NCBI GenBank assembly: GCA_002763115.1 | Contig: PFCW01000002.1 | Span: 131,703-195,702, forward strand | Direction: 5' to 3' | Origin: Candidatus Pacearchaeota archaeon CG10_big_fil_rev_8_21_14_0_10_31_59 | GTDB taxonomy: Archaea > Nanobdellota > Nanobdellia > Pacearchaeales > CG1-02-31-27 | DNA: 64,000 nucleotides | In this document: positions 1-9,057 of the stretch, one piece after another | Layout: every line of letters starts with the position of its first letter | How positions within the stretch are numbered: the stretch's first letter is position 1 | Made by a program: the position numbers and the translations under genes | The notes under the pieces: generated by a model | The model's input: the letters and a program-made list of their open reading frames with translations, nothing else | Database searches by the model: none | What the model was told of the DNA's origin: nothing

Positions 1-1
1 T

Positions 2-151
2 AGGGGAGAACCGATAGTCTGCACGCCATTTGATGCTTACAAATGCATGATGGGGACGGGTATAGATTATCTGATTATGAATAAATTTTTGATAAAAAGA
101 GAAGAAAATCAAAAACATATGTGGGATAGCGAAAAAAATGCAAGAGATTGA
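2..151 (+). CDS. C-terminal end of a NodU/CmcH-family carbamoyltransferase (5' truncated by the window edge)
   Basis: Frame from nt 2 reads RGEPIVCTPFDAYKCMMGTGIDYLIM...*, matching the conserved (NTSFN)xRGEPIVCTP.DA C-terminal motif; not in the ORF track. Confidence 0.85.
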   Translation, partial: RGEPIVCTPFDAYKCMMGTGIDYLIMNKFLIKREENQKHMWDSEKNARD

Positions 152-1283
152 TGAAAACAGGATTGAGAAGGCTTCAAAGAAAGCTGGTAAGTTGTTTAAA
201 CCAATAAAATATTTAATTAATGTTCTGATAATTGTTATAATTTTATTTTTAATTTTGGAGCTGATATCTTTTGTTGTAATTAAAATTCATAGTTCTCCGA
301 AAAATGAGCCAAGATTGCAGATGGATATTTATAATAACAAAACATGGGCTGTTGATTACTACATAGAATTTTACGAGTCTGACAAGGCAGAATATTTTCC
401 TTATTTGGAATATAGAAGAGTCCCAAACTATCATGGTGAATATATAAATATCGATGAAAATTCCATAAGAAAAACAGAATCTTCATGTTTTATACAATCT
501 GATGATAGGATAAGAATTTTTATATTTGGTGGTTCAACCCTGTGGGGAAGCGGTGCAAGAGATGAGGGAACAATACCCTCTTTTGTATTGACTTATTTAT
601 GTGAAAATAAAATTGCTGCAGAGGTAATTAATTTTGGTGAAGCTGGTTATGGTTCAACACAGGAAATTATAAGACTTGAGTTGGAATTAAGAAAAGAGAA
701 TAAACCAGATATTGTGATATTTTACGACGGAGTAAATGAAGTTTATTCTGCATACCAGAATAAAAAAGCGGGTTTGCCGCAGAATGTGCAGAATAGGATT
801 GAAGATTTTAATTCAAGAAATAGAATAAATCTGAAAAATGCTCTGGTTAATTCAAATTTAGTCAGAATAATAAACAAATTAATCGGAGGTTTTAAGAAAG
901 AAAAGATTGAAACATTGCCGGAAAGCTTGGATGATGAAACTGCCAACGTTTATCTCGAAAATGTTAAACTGGTAAAAATTTTAGCTGAGGAATATGATTT
1001 CAAAACATTCTTTTACTGGCAGCCATCAGTTTATTCCAAAGATAACCTGTCAGAAGATGAAAAGAATAAAATAGCAAAAGATGAAACTTATAAAAAATTG
1101 TACTTTGATGTAAAGGATATTGTTGATGAATCTCAAGATGTTATTGATATATCTGATGTTTTTGACGAACATTATGAAAGTATTTTCATAGATCCTTACC
1201 ACACAAGCGAGGAAGGCAATAAGATTATTGTTGGGGACATTGGGAAGGATATAATAAAGTATTTAAATGAAAATCAGATTTAA
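138..1283 (+). CDS. Membrane-anchored SGNH/GDSL hydrolase-family protein
   Basis: N-terminal TM helix; FGGSTLWG (block I), NFGEAGY, YDGVNE, DPYH (DxxH); a common neighbour of carbamoyltransferases. Confidence 0.8.
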   Translation: MQEIDENRIEKASKKAGKLFKPIKYLINVLIIVIILFLILELISFVVIKIHSSPKNEPRLQMDIYNNKTWAVDYYIEFYESDKAEYFPYLEYRRVPNYHGEYINIDENSIRKTESSCFIQSDDRIRIFIFGGSTLWGSGARDEGTIPSFVLTYLCENKIAAEVINFGEAGYGSTQEIIRLELELRKENKPDIVIFYDGVNEVYSAYQNKKAGLPQNVQNRIEDFNSRNRINLKNALVNSNLVRIINKLIGGFKKEKIETLPESLDDETANVYLENVKLVKILAEEYDFKTFFYWQPSVYSKDNLSEDEKNKIAKDETYKKLYFDVKDIVDESQDVIDISDVFDEHYESIFIDPYHTSEEGNKIIVGDIGKDIIKYLNENQI

Positions 1284-1417
1284 TAGTTATGAAGAATAAA
1301 TCGTTGATTGGAGAAATGTGGGATTTTCTGAAAGTCAGAAAAGCTTACTGGTTAATTCCCACCATAGTGCTTTTATTATTAGTAGGAATATTGATTGTAT
1401 TCTCGCAAAGCAGTGTG

Positions 1418-2365
1418 TTATCGGCATTTATTTATGCGTTGTTTTAGCTTTCTTATTTCATATACAACAATTCCGTTCTTATTTATTCTTGACAGGAAGG
1501 CGCTTAAGAGGAAAATCAATACCAGAGAAAATTTATTGTAAAAAAGCCATTTCAGTTTCTTACCAAAAAAATAATACAAAGTTCCGGCAATTTCAGTGTA
1601 AGTAATATAATTATGTTTTTCTTCAATAGCCAAATTGTATTTTTGCAGTAAAGAAGATAAAGTTTTTGTTGAGAATAAATAAAGGTGTCTTGGAGAGTCA
1701 ATTGAATGCCATTTTGATTTGAAGAGATTAAACATTAAACTGTCTGCTGACGGGATTGCTATTATAAACACACCATCATCAGCCAAGATTCTGCTTATCT
1801 CCCTGATAACAAAAGAAGGATTGTATAAATGCTCAAGTACATGGGACAAGATAATAACGTCGAATTTTGCATTTATTTTCTTGATATATTCCTGGATATC
1901 GCCCTGAATCACTTTCAAATTATTTTTTCTGCAGATTTCAACGGCATTTTTATCCATTTCAACGCCATAACACTCAAATCCTTTCTCTTTCAGTTCTTTT
2001 AATAATTCACCGGAACCACAGCCCAAGTCAAGAACCTTTCCCTCCAGAATTTTGTCAAAAATTTCATTTATCCCTGTTATGGATTTTTTGCCTGCTAGAA
2101 ATCTCATAACTTTGTAGAAAATATTGCTTGTTTTTCTGCTTTTTTCTGATTTTTCATCTTTTGACTGGTAAGGTTTATACTCCTTTGGATAATATTTTTC
2201 AATTTCTTTTTTTGTTGGCCTTGGGTTTAGATAAATTAAACCACAATTTTCACATTTTACAATATCAAATTGTCCGTTATTTTCAAACTGAATATCCTTT
2301 GTTTTGAACAAGAGTTTATAGTTTAAACTATTGCAGATATCACATTTAACAGTCTCTAAATCCAT
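1418..2365 (-). CDS. Class I SAM-dependent methyltransferase with N-terminal Zn ribbon
   Basis: CDIC...CENC, VLDLGCGSG, FDVIILSHVLEH, PRHLYLF. Confidence 0.9.
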   Translation of the reverse strand: MDLETVKCDICNSLNYKLLFKTKDIQFENNGQFDIVKCENCGLIYLNPRPTKKEIEKYYPKEYKPYQSKDEKSEKSRKTSNIFYKVMRFLAGKKSITGINEIFDKILEGKVLDLGCGSGELLKELKEKGFECYGVEMDKNAVEICRKNNLKVIQGDIQEYIKKINAKFDVIILSHVLEHLYNPSFVIREISRILADDGVFIIAIPSADSLMFNLFKSKWHSIDSPRHLYLFSTKTLSSLLQKYNLAIEEKHNYITYTEIAGTLYYFFGKKLKWLFYNKFSLVLIFLLSAFLSRINKNGIVVYEIRKLKQRINKCR

Positions 2366-2434
2366 GATAAAGCAAGAAAATGACTAAATATAAACTTTAT
2401 CAAGATTTTTAAATATATAATTTTTAATAATGAT

Positions 2435-3176
2435 ATGAACATTTTAATTTTGATATTAACAGTTACTCTTTTAGTGAGCTTAATATCTTTTATAGGAGTT
2501 TTTGCATTATTGAAAGAAAAAATATTAAACAAAATTGTTCTGGTTTTAGTTTCGCTTTCAGCCGGGGTTTTAATTGGAAACGCTTTTCTTCATTTAATTC
2601 CCGAAGCTTTAGAAACTTCAATTAAAGTAGAATTTATTTTTTTATTATTAATAGCTGGTTTCGTCCTGTTTTTTTTTAATTGAGAAGATATTCCACTGGC
2701 ACTGTCATAAAACTAATTGCGAAGTCCATAGTTTTGCATACATGAATTTGGTTGGGGATGGTATTCATAATTTTATAGATGGTTTAATTATAGCAGGAAG
2801 TTTTGTTGTAAATACAACTTTAGGATTTGCAACAACCTTTGCCATAGCAATGCATGAAATTCCGCAGGAGATAGGAGATTTCGGAGTTTTAATTCATGGT
2901 GGTTTCAAAAGGGCAAAGGCTCTGGTGATTAATTTCATATTTGGGTTGACAGCTGTAGCTGGAGGTTTTGTCGGATATTTCCTGTCTAAAAGCATAGAAA
3001 ATTTTGTTATGTATTTACTCCCAATAGCTGCGGGCGGATTTATTTATATTGCGGCAAGTGATTTAATACCCGAATTAAGAAAAGAAATAAACATCAAGAA
3101 ATCTCTTCTGAATTTTGCTATTTTCGTTCTTGGAATTTTGCTTATTTTTGGTTTAGGTTTGATTGTAAGACATTAG
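2435..3176 (+). pseudogene. ZIP-family metal transporter split by a +1 frameshift in a T9 run (2669-2677)
   Basis: Removing one T joins ...GFVLFF to LIEKIFHWHCHKTNCEVHSFAYMNLVGDGIHNFIDG...HEIPQEIGDFG (ZIP signatures). Confidence 0.85.
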
Positions 3177-3206
3177 ATTTAAATAATGAATTAAACAAAA
3201 AATAAA

Positions 3207-4190
3207 ATGGATATTATCAAAATAAAAAACCTTGTAAAAAAGTTTGACAAGATAACTGCAGTAAATAGCATAAGTTTCACAATAAAAGAAGGAGAAATTT
3301 TTGGTTTTCTCGGTCCGAACGGAGCTGGAAAAACAACCACATTATCGATGTTGGCCACAATACTAGAACCAACATCCGGGGAAGCTTCTGTAAATAATTT
3401 TAATATTGCAACCCAGAAAAATGATGTCAGAAAATCCATTGGCATGGTTTTTCAGGACTCAAGCTTAGATGATGAACTGACAGCTTATGAAAATATGGAT
3501 TTTCATGGAAGAATTTATGATGTTCCAAGAGAGAAAAGAAAGGAAAAAATTATCGAGTTGCTGAAACTTGTTGAACTTGATTCGAGAAAAAATGATCTTG
3601 TTAAAACTTTTTCCGGAGGAATGAGGAGAAGGCTTGAAATTGCCAGAGGTTTGTTGCATGAACCAAAAGTTTTGTTTTTGGATGAACCGACATTGGGATT
3701 GGATCCGCAGACAAGAAACAAAATCTGGAAATATGTTAATAATTTAAACAAAGAGAAAAAGATTACGATTATATTGACAACGCATTACATGGATGAGGCA
3801 GACAAGCTTTGTGAAAGGGTTGCTATAATTGACAAGGGAAAAATAATAAAACTGGACATCCCGGATAATCTGAAAGATTCTATCGGTGATGATGTTATAA
3901 GTGTTTTTACAGAATCAAAAAATATTTTAGATTTGCTTAAAAAATTTCCGTGGTTTAAATCTGGTAAGATACATAACGGATGTATAACTATAAATTTACA
4001 AAATGCTGAAAAACATGTCACGGAAATTGTTAAGATAGCTTCTGAAAATAAAATTGAAATAAAATCTCTAGAGATTCATAAGCCAACTTTGGAGGATGTC
4101 TTCCTTCATTTCACCGGAAAAACAATAAGAGAGGAAGAAGCAGATCCAAATGAAGCTATGAAAATAAGGCACAGAATGATGAGGAGATAA
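3207..4190 (+). CDS. ABC transporter ATP-binding protein (DrrA-like)
   Basis: GPNGAGKTT Walker A, FSGGMRRR signature, LFLDEPT Walker B, TTHYMDEA. Confidence 0.95.
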   Translation: MDIIKIKNLVKKFDKITAVNSISFTIKEGEIFGFLGPNGAGKTTTLSMLATILEPTSGEASVNNFNIATQKNDVRKSIGMVFQDSSLDDELTAYENMDFHGRIYDVPREKRKEKIIELLKLVELDSRKNDLVKTFSGGMRRRLEIARGLLHEPKVLFLDEPTLGLDPQTRNKIWKYVNNLNKEKKITIILTTHYMDEADKLCERVAIIDKGKIIKLDIPDNLKDSIGDDVISVFTESKNILDLLKKFPWFKSGKIHNGCITINLQNAEKHVTEIVKIASENKIEIKSLEIHKPTLEDVFLHFTGKTIREEEADPNEAMKIRHRMMRR

Positions 4191-4939
4191 TGGGAGCTAT
4201 TTATATAATCTGGCTGAGAAATTTGAAAAGATTTTGGAGAAGCAAAAGCAGGGTTATCGGAAGTTTGGGGATGCCTGTATTTTTTCTTATTATTTTAGGT
4301 TTTGGTTTAAGCTCTGTTTTGACAATACCTGGAATGGGCCATGATTACATGAAGTTTATAATTCCCGGGATTATTGCAATGACTGTTCTTTTCAGTTCTA
4401 TTTTCGCTGGAATACAAGTTATCTGAGACAAGCAGTTTGGTTTTCTTAAGGAGATGTTAGTTGCACCGGTATCGAGAATTTCATTGATGATTGGACAAAC
4501 ATTGGGAGGAGCAACAACATCTTTAATTCAGGGAATGTTAATTTTAATTGTCGGGTTATTTATAGCTGGTTTTGTTTCCAGCATATTAGGATTTTTGATA
4601 GCAATTGCTTTTATGGTGTTGATAGGAATTTCTTTTACAGCATTGGGAATTGCATTTGCCTCAAAAATGAAAGATATGCACGGCTTCCAATTGATTATGA
4701 ATTTTTTTATATTTCCTGTTTTTGGTTTGTCCGGTGCTCTATTCCCGATAAGCAACGCACCAAATGTTTTGAAAATAATAGCTTATTTTGATCCACTGAC
4801 ATATGGTGTTGAAGGAATCAGATATGGTTTGCTTGGCGTCTCCCAGATAAACCCGTGGATAAGTTTTGTTATTCTTCTAGGATTTTCAATAGCAATGATT
4901 TTGCTCGGCGGTTTTCTTTTCAGAAAAGTCAAGATTTAA
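4190..4939 (+). pseudogene. ABC-2 (DrrB-like) permease interrupted by an in-frame TGA at 4424-4426
   Basis: Reads GIQVI*DKQFGFLKEMLVAP in a single frame; the family motif is ...IWDRxFGFLKE.LVAP. Confidence 0.85.
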
Positions 4940-4979
4940 GCATAACAAAGATTAAATATTCTTTAAACTTGTCAATAAA

Positions 4980-5558
4980 ATGGAAGATGATTATTTTATA
5001 GTTGATATTGAAACATGTCCTATTGATTTGGAAAAATACCAACAGTTGAATGAAGAAGAGCAGAAAAAGCTGATGAATCCTATTGATTCAAAAATTATCG
5101 CTATTGGTTTGCGGTATAATGGAAAAAATAAGATTATTATGGATGAAAATGAAAAAGTTATGCTTGAAAAATTCTGGTCTGAATGGGAAAATATCAAAAA
5201 AGGAAATCCTTACACAAATGTTGTCGGTTTCAGCATAACTAATTTTGATTTGCCTTTCTTGGTTTCAAAAAGTTTGGTTCATAATGTTGTGATATGTCCG
5301 TTTTTATTGAAAGAGATTGTTGATTTAAGAGATAAGATTAATGCTTACAGGTTCGGAAGAACAAGAGGAACTTTAAAGGAATATGCAAAGTTGATAGGCA
5401 TTAAAACCATGGACATGGACGGAAAAGATATTGCACCTCTTTGTATAAAAGGAGATTTCATCAAGATTTCTGAGTATTTGGAAAAGGATTTGGAAATAAC
5501 GGATAAGCTCTATCAAAGAGCTAAAGAAACTAAGATTCTGGAGATTGATAAGTGGTGA
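4980..5558 (+). CDS. Stand-alone DEDDy 3'-5' exonuclease (RNase H-like / PolB-exonuclease-like)
   Basis: ExoI VDIET, ExoII NFDLPFL, ExoIII YLEKD. Confidence 0.8.
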   Translation: MEDDYFIVDIETCPIDLEKYQQLNEEEQKKLMNPIDSKIIAIGLRYNGKNKIIMDENEKVMLEKFWSEWENIKKGNPYTNVVGFSITNFDLPFLVSKSLVHNVVICPFLLKEIVDLRDKINAYRFGRTRGTLKEYAKLIGIKTMDMDGKDIAPLCIKGDFIKISEYLEKDLEITDKLYQRAKETKILEIDKW

Positions 5559-5598
5559 TAATCCCTAACTTTATAAGTAACCTGTTCCTATTATTTTT

Positions 5599-5958
5599 AT
5601 GAAAAAGAAGTCAGCTCTTTATTGGATTCCTAGGATTATTGCGATTGCCTTTATTTTGTTTATCAGTATATTTGCTTTTGATGAACCTTTTTTATCACTT
5701 GGATTTTTTATTCATCTGATTCCTTCTTTTATATTAATAGCTGCTTTGGTTGCTGCCTGGATTTGGGAAAAAATCGGAGGAATAATATTCATTTTACTGG
5801 CAATAGTGTTTACCTTCGTTTTTAGTACTTATAGAAGTATTTTTAGCTTCTTGCAGATTTCTCTTGTTCTATTAATAATCGGAATTTTATTTTTAATAAA
5901 CGGAATAAAAAAGAAAAAAATAAATAAAACTTCTACAATTCATCCAACGGATTCTTAA
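5599..5958 (+). CDS. Small multi-pass membrane protein
   Basis: About 4 hydrophobic helices; TATA-like box upstream. Confidence 0.7.
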   Translation: MKKKSALYWIPRIIAIAFILFISIFAFDEPFLSLGFFIHLIPSFILIAALVAAWIWEKIGGIIFILLAIVFTFVFSTYRSIFSFLQISLVLLIIGILFLINGIKKKKINKTSTIHPTDS

Positions 5959-6739
5959 TCTTCTTCAAAGCTTCAGTAGAAACATGGGTGTAAATTTGAG
6001 TAGTGTTAAGATTTTCATGTCCTAACAAGGTTTGGATATATCTAATATCTGTTCCCGCATCAAGAAGATGTGTTGCATAAGAATGCCTTAAAGTATGCGG
6101 AGTTACTTTTTTGTTAACATTTGCATTTTTGGCTGCATTTTTTATGATTTTCTGTATGTTTCTTGTGCTTAATGGTTTTTGTTCTGAAAATACGTATACA
6201 AAGCTAGGAGTTTTTTTGAAATATTCCTGCAATTCTTCTATTATTTTTTCTGAAATCTGGAAAGCACGATCTTTGTTTCCCTTGCCTTTTCTTACCCAAC
6301 CCATTTTTTCTGAAAAATTTAAATCGTTCCTTTTCAAATTTACAAGTTCAGAAACTCTCAAACCAGAAGAATAAAGCAATAAAATAATTAATTTTGATTT
6401 GTAAGAACCGGAATTTTCAATCAGTAGTTTCATTTCTTCTTTTGTAAGAACAATTGGAAGCTTTTTCTCAACTTTTGGACTTGCAAGAGAAAAGCCTGCA
6501 TGTAACACATTTTTGGCAAAGAAATTCAAGGCACAAGAAATTAAGGCATTTGTTTTGCTTGAATAACCGGACATTCCGTTTGCCAGGAAATTCTTGGCAT
6601 CGTTTTCATTTATTTGGTTTACTGGCTTGCCTGTTTTTTCCAAAAACTTTTCAATAAAGAATCTGTAAGTATCCACAGTATTCTGACTGAATCCCTTAAG
6701 TTTTAATTCTGTCTCAAGTTGTTTTAATGCTTCATTCAT
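5933..6739 (-). CDS. xerA: XerA-like tyrosine recombinase
   Basis: SGLRVSEL, GKGNKDR, HTLRHSYATHLL, LLGH...TTQIYTHV give a complete R-K-H-R-H-Y set; N-terminal SAM-like domain; 268 aa. Confidence 0.88.
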   Translation of the reverse strand: MNEALKQLETELKLKGFSQNTVDTYRFFIEKFLEKTGKPVNQINENDAKNFLANGMSGYSSKTNALISCALNFFAKNVLHAGFSLASPKVEKKLPIVLTKEEMKLLIENSGSYKSKLIILLLYSSGLRVSELVNLKRNDLNFSEKMGWVRKGKGNKDRAFQISEKIIEELQEYFKKTPSFVYVFSEQKPLSTRNIQKIIKNAAKNANVNKKVTPHTLRHSYATHLLDAGTDIRYIQTLLGHENLNTTQIYTHVSTEALKKIKNPLDEL

Positions 6740-6747
6740 TTTTCAAA

Positions 6748-6936
6748 TTACTCTTTTATGTAAAACCAAATCTTGAAATAAATGGTGGGAATGAGGAACA
6801 AAATTCCTGGAATCAAAGCAACCCACCAAAAAGGATTTTCTTTTATTATCGCAAAAGAATAAGAAATTAATGCAATTCCTATGATACTTGAAATAATGTC
6901 AAAAATCCAAGAACGGAATAAATCCTCAATTTCCAT
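6748..6936 (-). CDS. Small 2-TM membrane protein directly upstream of xerA
   Basis: ATG about 25 nt downstream of a minus-strand BRE/TATA (aaaacTTTATAAA, ~6958-6970); two hydrophobic segments. Confidence 0.55.
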   Translation of the reverse strand: MEIEDLFRSWIFDIISSIIGIALISYSFAIIKENPFWWVALIPGILFLIPTIYFKIWFYIKE

Positions 6937-6973
6937 GAATAATTTAAAGCGAACTTATTTATAAAGTTTTTGG

Positions 6974-7001
6974 TGTTCGCTTAATGCATATTAAGCGAAT
7001 T
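6974..7001. other. dif-like Xer recombination site (11-6-11)
   Basis: TGTTCGCTTAA-TGCATA-TTAAGCGAATT; inner 9 bp of the arms form a perfect inverted repeat; compare E. coli dif GGTGCGCATAA-TGTATA-TTATGTTAAAT; 235 bp from the xerA start. Confidence 0.7.
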
Positions 7002-7061
7002 TTTAGCCTATTTTCTACTTTAAACGAACTTTTTTATATCTATTAGCAATGCTCAAAACTT

Positions 7062-7268
7062 TTAGTTGGCTTTTGGACGGCATCTTCCAAAATAATATCC
7101 TTTATTCTGAGAACAATTTTTTCCTTGTACATATGTACATCTTTTGTGACTAGGAAAACAAAATAGACCATCATCATCCATGCCATCACATCCATAATGA
7201 TGTTCTTTACATTTTTTAGCTATATTTTTTAATTGATACACTATATTGTCCAAAATAATCTTCAACAT
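7062..7268 (-). CDS. Small Cys/His-rich hypothetical protein
   Basis: 68 aa with 6 Cys; ATG start. Confidence 0.5.
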   Translation of the reverse strand: MLKIILDNIVYQLKNIAKKCKEHHYGCDGMDDDGLFCFPSHKRCTYVQGKNCSQNKGYYFGRCRPKAN

Positions 7269-7451
7269 TACCTGAAGGATTCATCCTTAGCCATTCTTTT
7301 AGAGAAGGGAACTAAACAGTGGTTCTCCAAAAATAATTCAAGAATTCTTTTTAAGCATATTTTTATTCAAATCTTTGGAAATATTTAAAGGTTTATGTGC
7401 TTTTTTGAACATTTCTAGCCTATTTTTGGCTTTTAGCAATGCTTAAACTAT

Positions 7452-7784
7452 TTAGTCGTTATTTTCTGATTTATCATTTCCTTTCGATGCCCATTTTTTA
7501 ATAAATATTATTCCAACAACGCACAATATTGTTATAAAAACCGCCATTAGAATTTGATAGAAATATAGGCTTTGTGGAATCTGTAATTTCTCAACTATTT
7601 TATTTATTACCCCATTTATTGCATCCTTCCAAACAAGAGCTATTAAAAAAGCAAAACCTGCTGTAATTGCTACAGCTGTTTGTGTTTTAAATTCTCTGAA
7701 AAAACTTTTTCTGCTTTTTTCAACTTTCTCTTTTATCTCTTCAGCTGTTTTTTCTATTTTTTTAAAATATTTTTGGTGAATCAT
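7452..7784 (-). CDS. Small membrane protein (DUF5654-like)
   Basis: ITAGFAFLIALVWKDAI motif followed by a second TM helix. Confidence 0.7.
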   Translation of the reverse strand: MIHQKYFKKIEKTAEEIKEKVEKSRKSFFREFKTQTAVAITAGFAFLIALVWKDAINGVINKIVEKLQIPQSLYFYQILMAVFITILCVVGIIFIKKWASKGNDKSENND

Positions 7785-7864
7785 GTTTATCAGAAGAACT
7801 TTTTATTTAAAAACCTTTTTTAGTATAGAAATTGCTTAAATCGTCGAAAAATATAGAGTATTGA

Positions 7865-7954
7865 GTGTTTAAACACCTGTTTAAACAGCTATAAACAGGT
7901 GTTTAGGTTTTTCCCCTCTTATTTTAAAACGAAAGATTTAATAAGAGGTGTTTA
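7865..7954. promoter_or_regulatory. Operator-like array of AAACA-NN-TGTTT pseudo-palindromes at the promoter of the 7968 gene
   Basis: Perfect 14-bp inverted repeat TAAACACCTGTTTA (7870-7883) / TAAACAGGTGTTTA (7892-7905); half copy AGGTGTTTA at 7946-7954 just after the BRE/TATA. Confidence 0.65.
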
Positions 7955-7967
7955 TTATTTTTATTAT

Positions 7968-8642
7968 ATGGTCTTTTGGCTTATTCATGGAAGAAGGGAT
8001 GTGAATAAATTTAAGAAGAAAGTTGAAAATACATTTCTAAATTTCAGAGATGATTTTGATAAAGTTTCTAATTGGATATCACATTTACACTCGAAAAATG
8101 GGGAAAATGAAAAAGAATTGTTAAAAATAAGGCATAGATTATCTAATCTTGAAGTAAATATGCAGGAAATTAAGAATGTTATGAATTATATTCTCGATAA
8201 TATTGAAAAATTGAGTGAAAATTATGAAAGTAAGGAGGTGTTTAAACAGCTATCTAAACAGGGGCAAACAGGTGTTTATAAACAAACAGGTGTTTATGCT
8301 GTCCAAACACCTGTCCAAACAGGTGTCCAAACACCCCTACAAACAAGTTTGGAGGATAAATTTTTCAAGAATTTAACAAAGAGTGAAAAAATATTGGTTG
8401 GAATTTTATTAAGTAATGATTTAAAATTAAGTTGTGAGGATCTTGCTGTGTTGATGAACAAAAATAAATCAACAATAAGAGGTTGGATCAATTCAATTAA
8501 AAAGAAAAGTGAAAGTTTGATAGTGGAAGTTATAGAGAACAGCGGGAAGAAGAGATATTATATTAATGAGGAAGCCAGAAGTCAGTTAAAAAAAGGAGTT
8601 TTGTTGGAGAAAAACACTAAAAAGCCAAAAAAGTTAAGATAA
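7968..8642 (+). CDS. Coiled-coil + QTGV-repeat linker + C-terminal winged-helix protein (gene A)
   Basis: ATG 7968 lies about 25 nt after a TATA; heptad-rich N-terminus; C-terminal LTKSEKILVGILL...LSCEDLAVLMNKNKSTIRGWINSI HTH. Confidence 0.75.
   Translation: MVFWLIHGRRDVNKFKKKVENTFLNFRDDFDKVSNWISHLHSKNGENEKELLKIRHRLSNLEVNMQEIKNVMNYILDNIEKLSENYESKEVFKQLSKQGQTGVYKQTGVYAVQTPVQTGVQTPLQTSLEDKFFKNLTKSEKILVGILLSNDLKLSCEDLAVLMNKNKSTIRGWINSIKKKSESLIVEVIENSGKKRYYINEEARSQLKKGVLLEKNTKKPKKLR
8236..8346. repeat. Intragenic array of AAACA(GG/CC)TGT(TT/CC) repeats
   Basis: About 7 copies; TGTTTAAACAGCTAT (8239-8253) is identical to upstream 7878-7892; AAACAGGTGTTTA at 8266 and 8284 equals 7893. Confidence 0.85.
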
Positions 8643-9057
8643 AGAGAAGATAGATATATTCGGTTTAATAGACGAAAGTGTAGAATTGAGTAAGTGAGAG
8701 TTGATTTATAGTGTTTTTAGCTTAAATCAATGTATTTTAGTTTAATAGAAGGTTATTCGGTAATTTGATAAATATAGCAAAAGAGAAGAAAGTGAGAGTT
8801 AAAAACAGCTAAAATATTGGGAAAATGGGGTGATGATGTAAAAATTATTAAAAAAGAAGGAGAAGTGAGGGCCTATATTAAGGCAAAGTAACAGTCAAAA
8901 AAAGTGGAAAAATAGGTAATAGTGAGTTTATTCGGTGAGAGGAATAACTTACATGTGGAATTAAAACCTGGTTTTAAACGGCCTAAGATCCAATTTAATT
9001 TTTTTAAATTTTTTAAGATATAATAAATTGGCTTAAAAAAACTAAAATTCTTGTTTT
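8643..9057. repeat. G-skewed spacer between the convergent genes with polar TATTCGGT and AAGTGAG(AGTT) boxes
   Basis: TATTCGGT at 8657, 8754, 8929; AAGTGAGAGTT at 8692, 8790, partial copies at 8863, 8921, 8935; palindrome TTAAAACC-T-GGTTTTAA at 8961-8977. Confidence 0.7.

Noticed and set aside
4424..4426. Genome-wide UGA=Trp recoding
   Set aside because: TGA ends full-length genes here (lhr 12946, HD protein 20584, M16 peptidase 34097; the latter two in ATGA overlaps with the next start) and TGG is used for Trp throughout.
5933..7800. Integron (IntI plus attC cassettes)
   Set aside because: The recombinase is short and lacks the IntI-specific insertion; no RYYYAAC...GTTRRRY attC structures are seen; the adjacent site fits dif geometry better.
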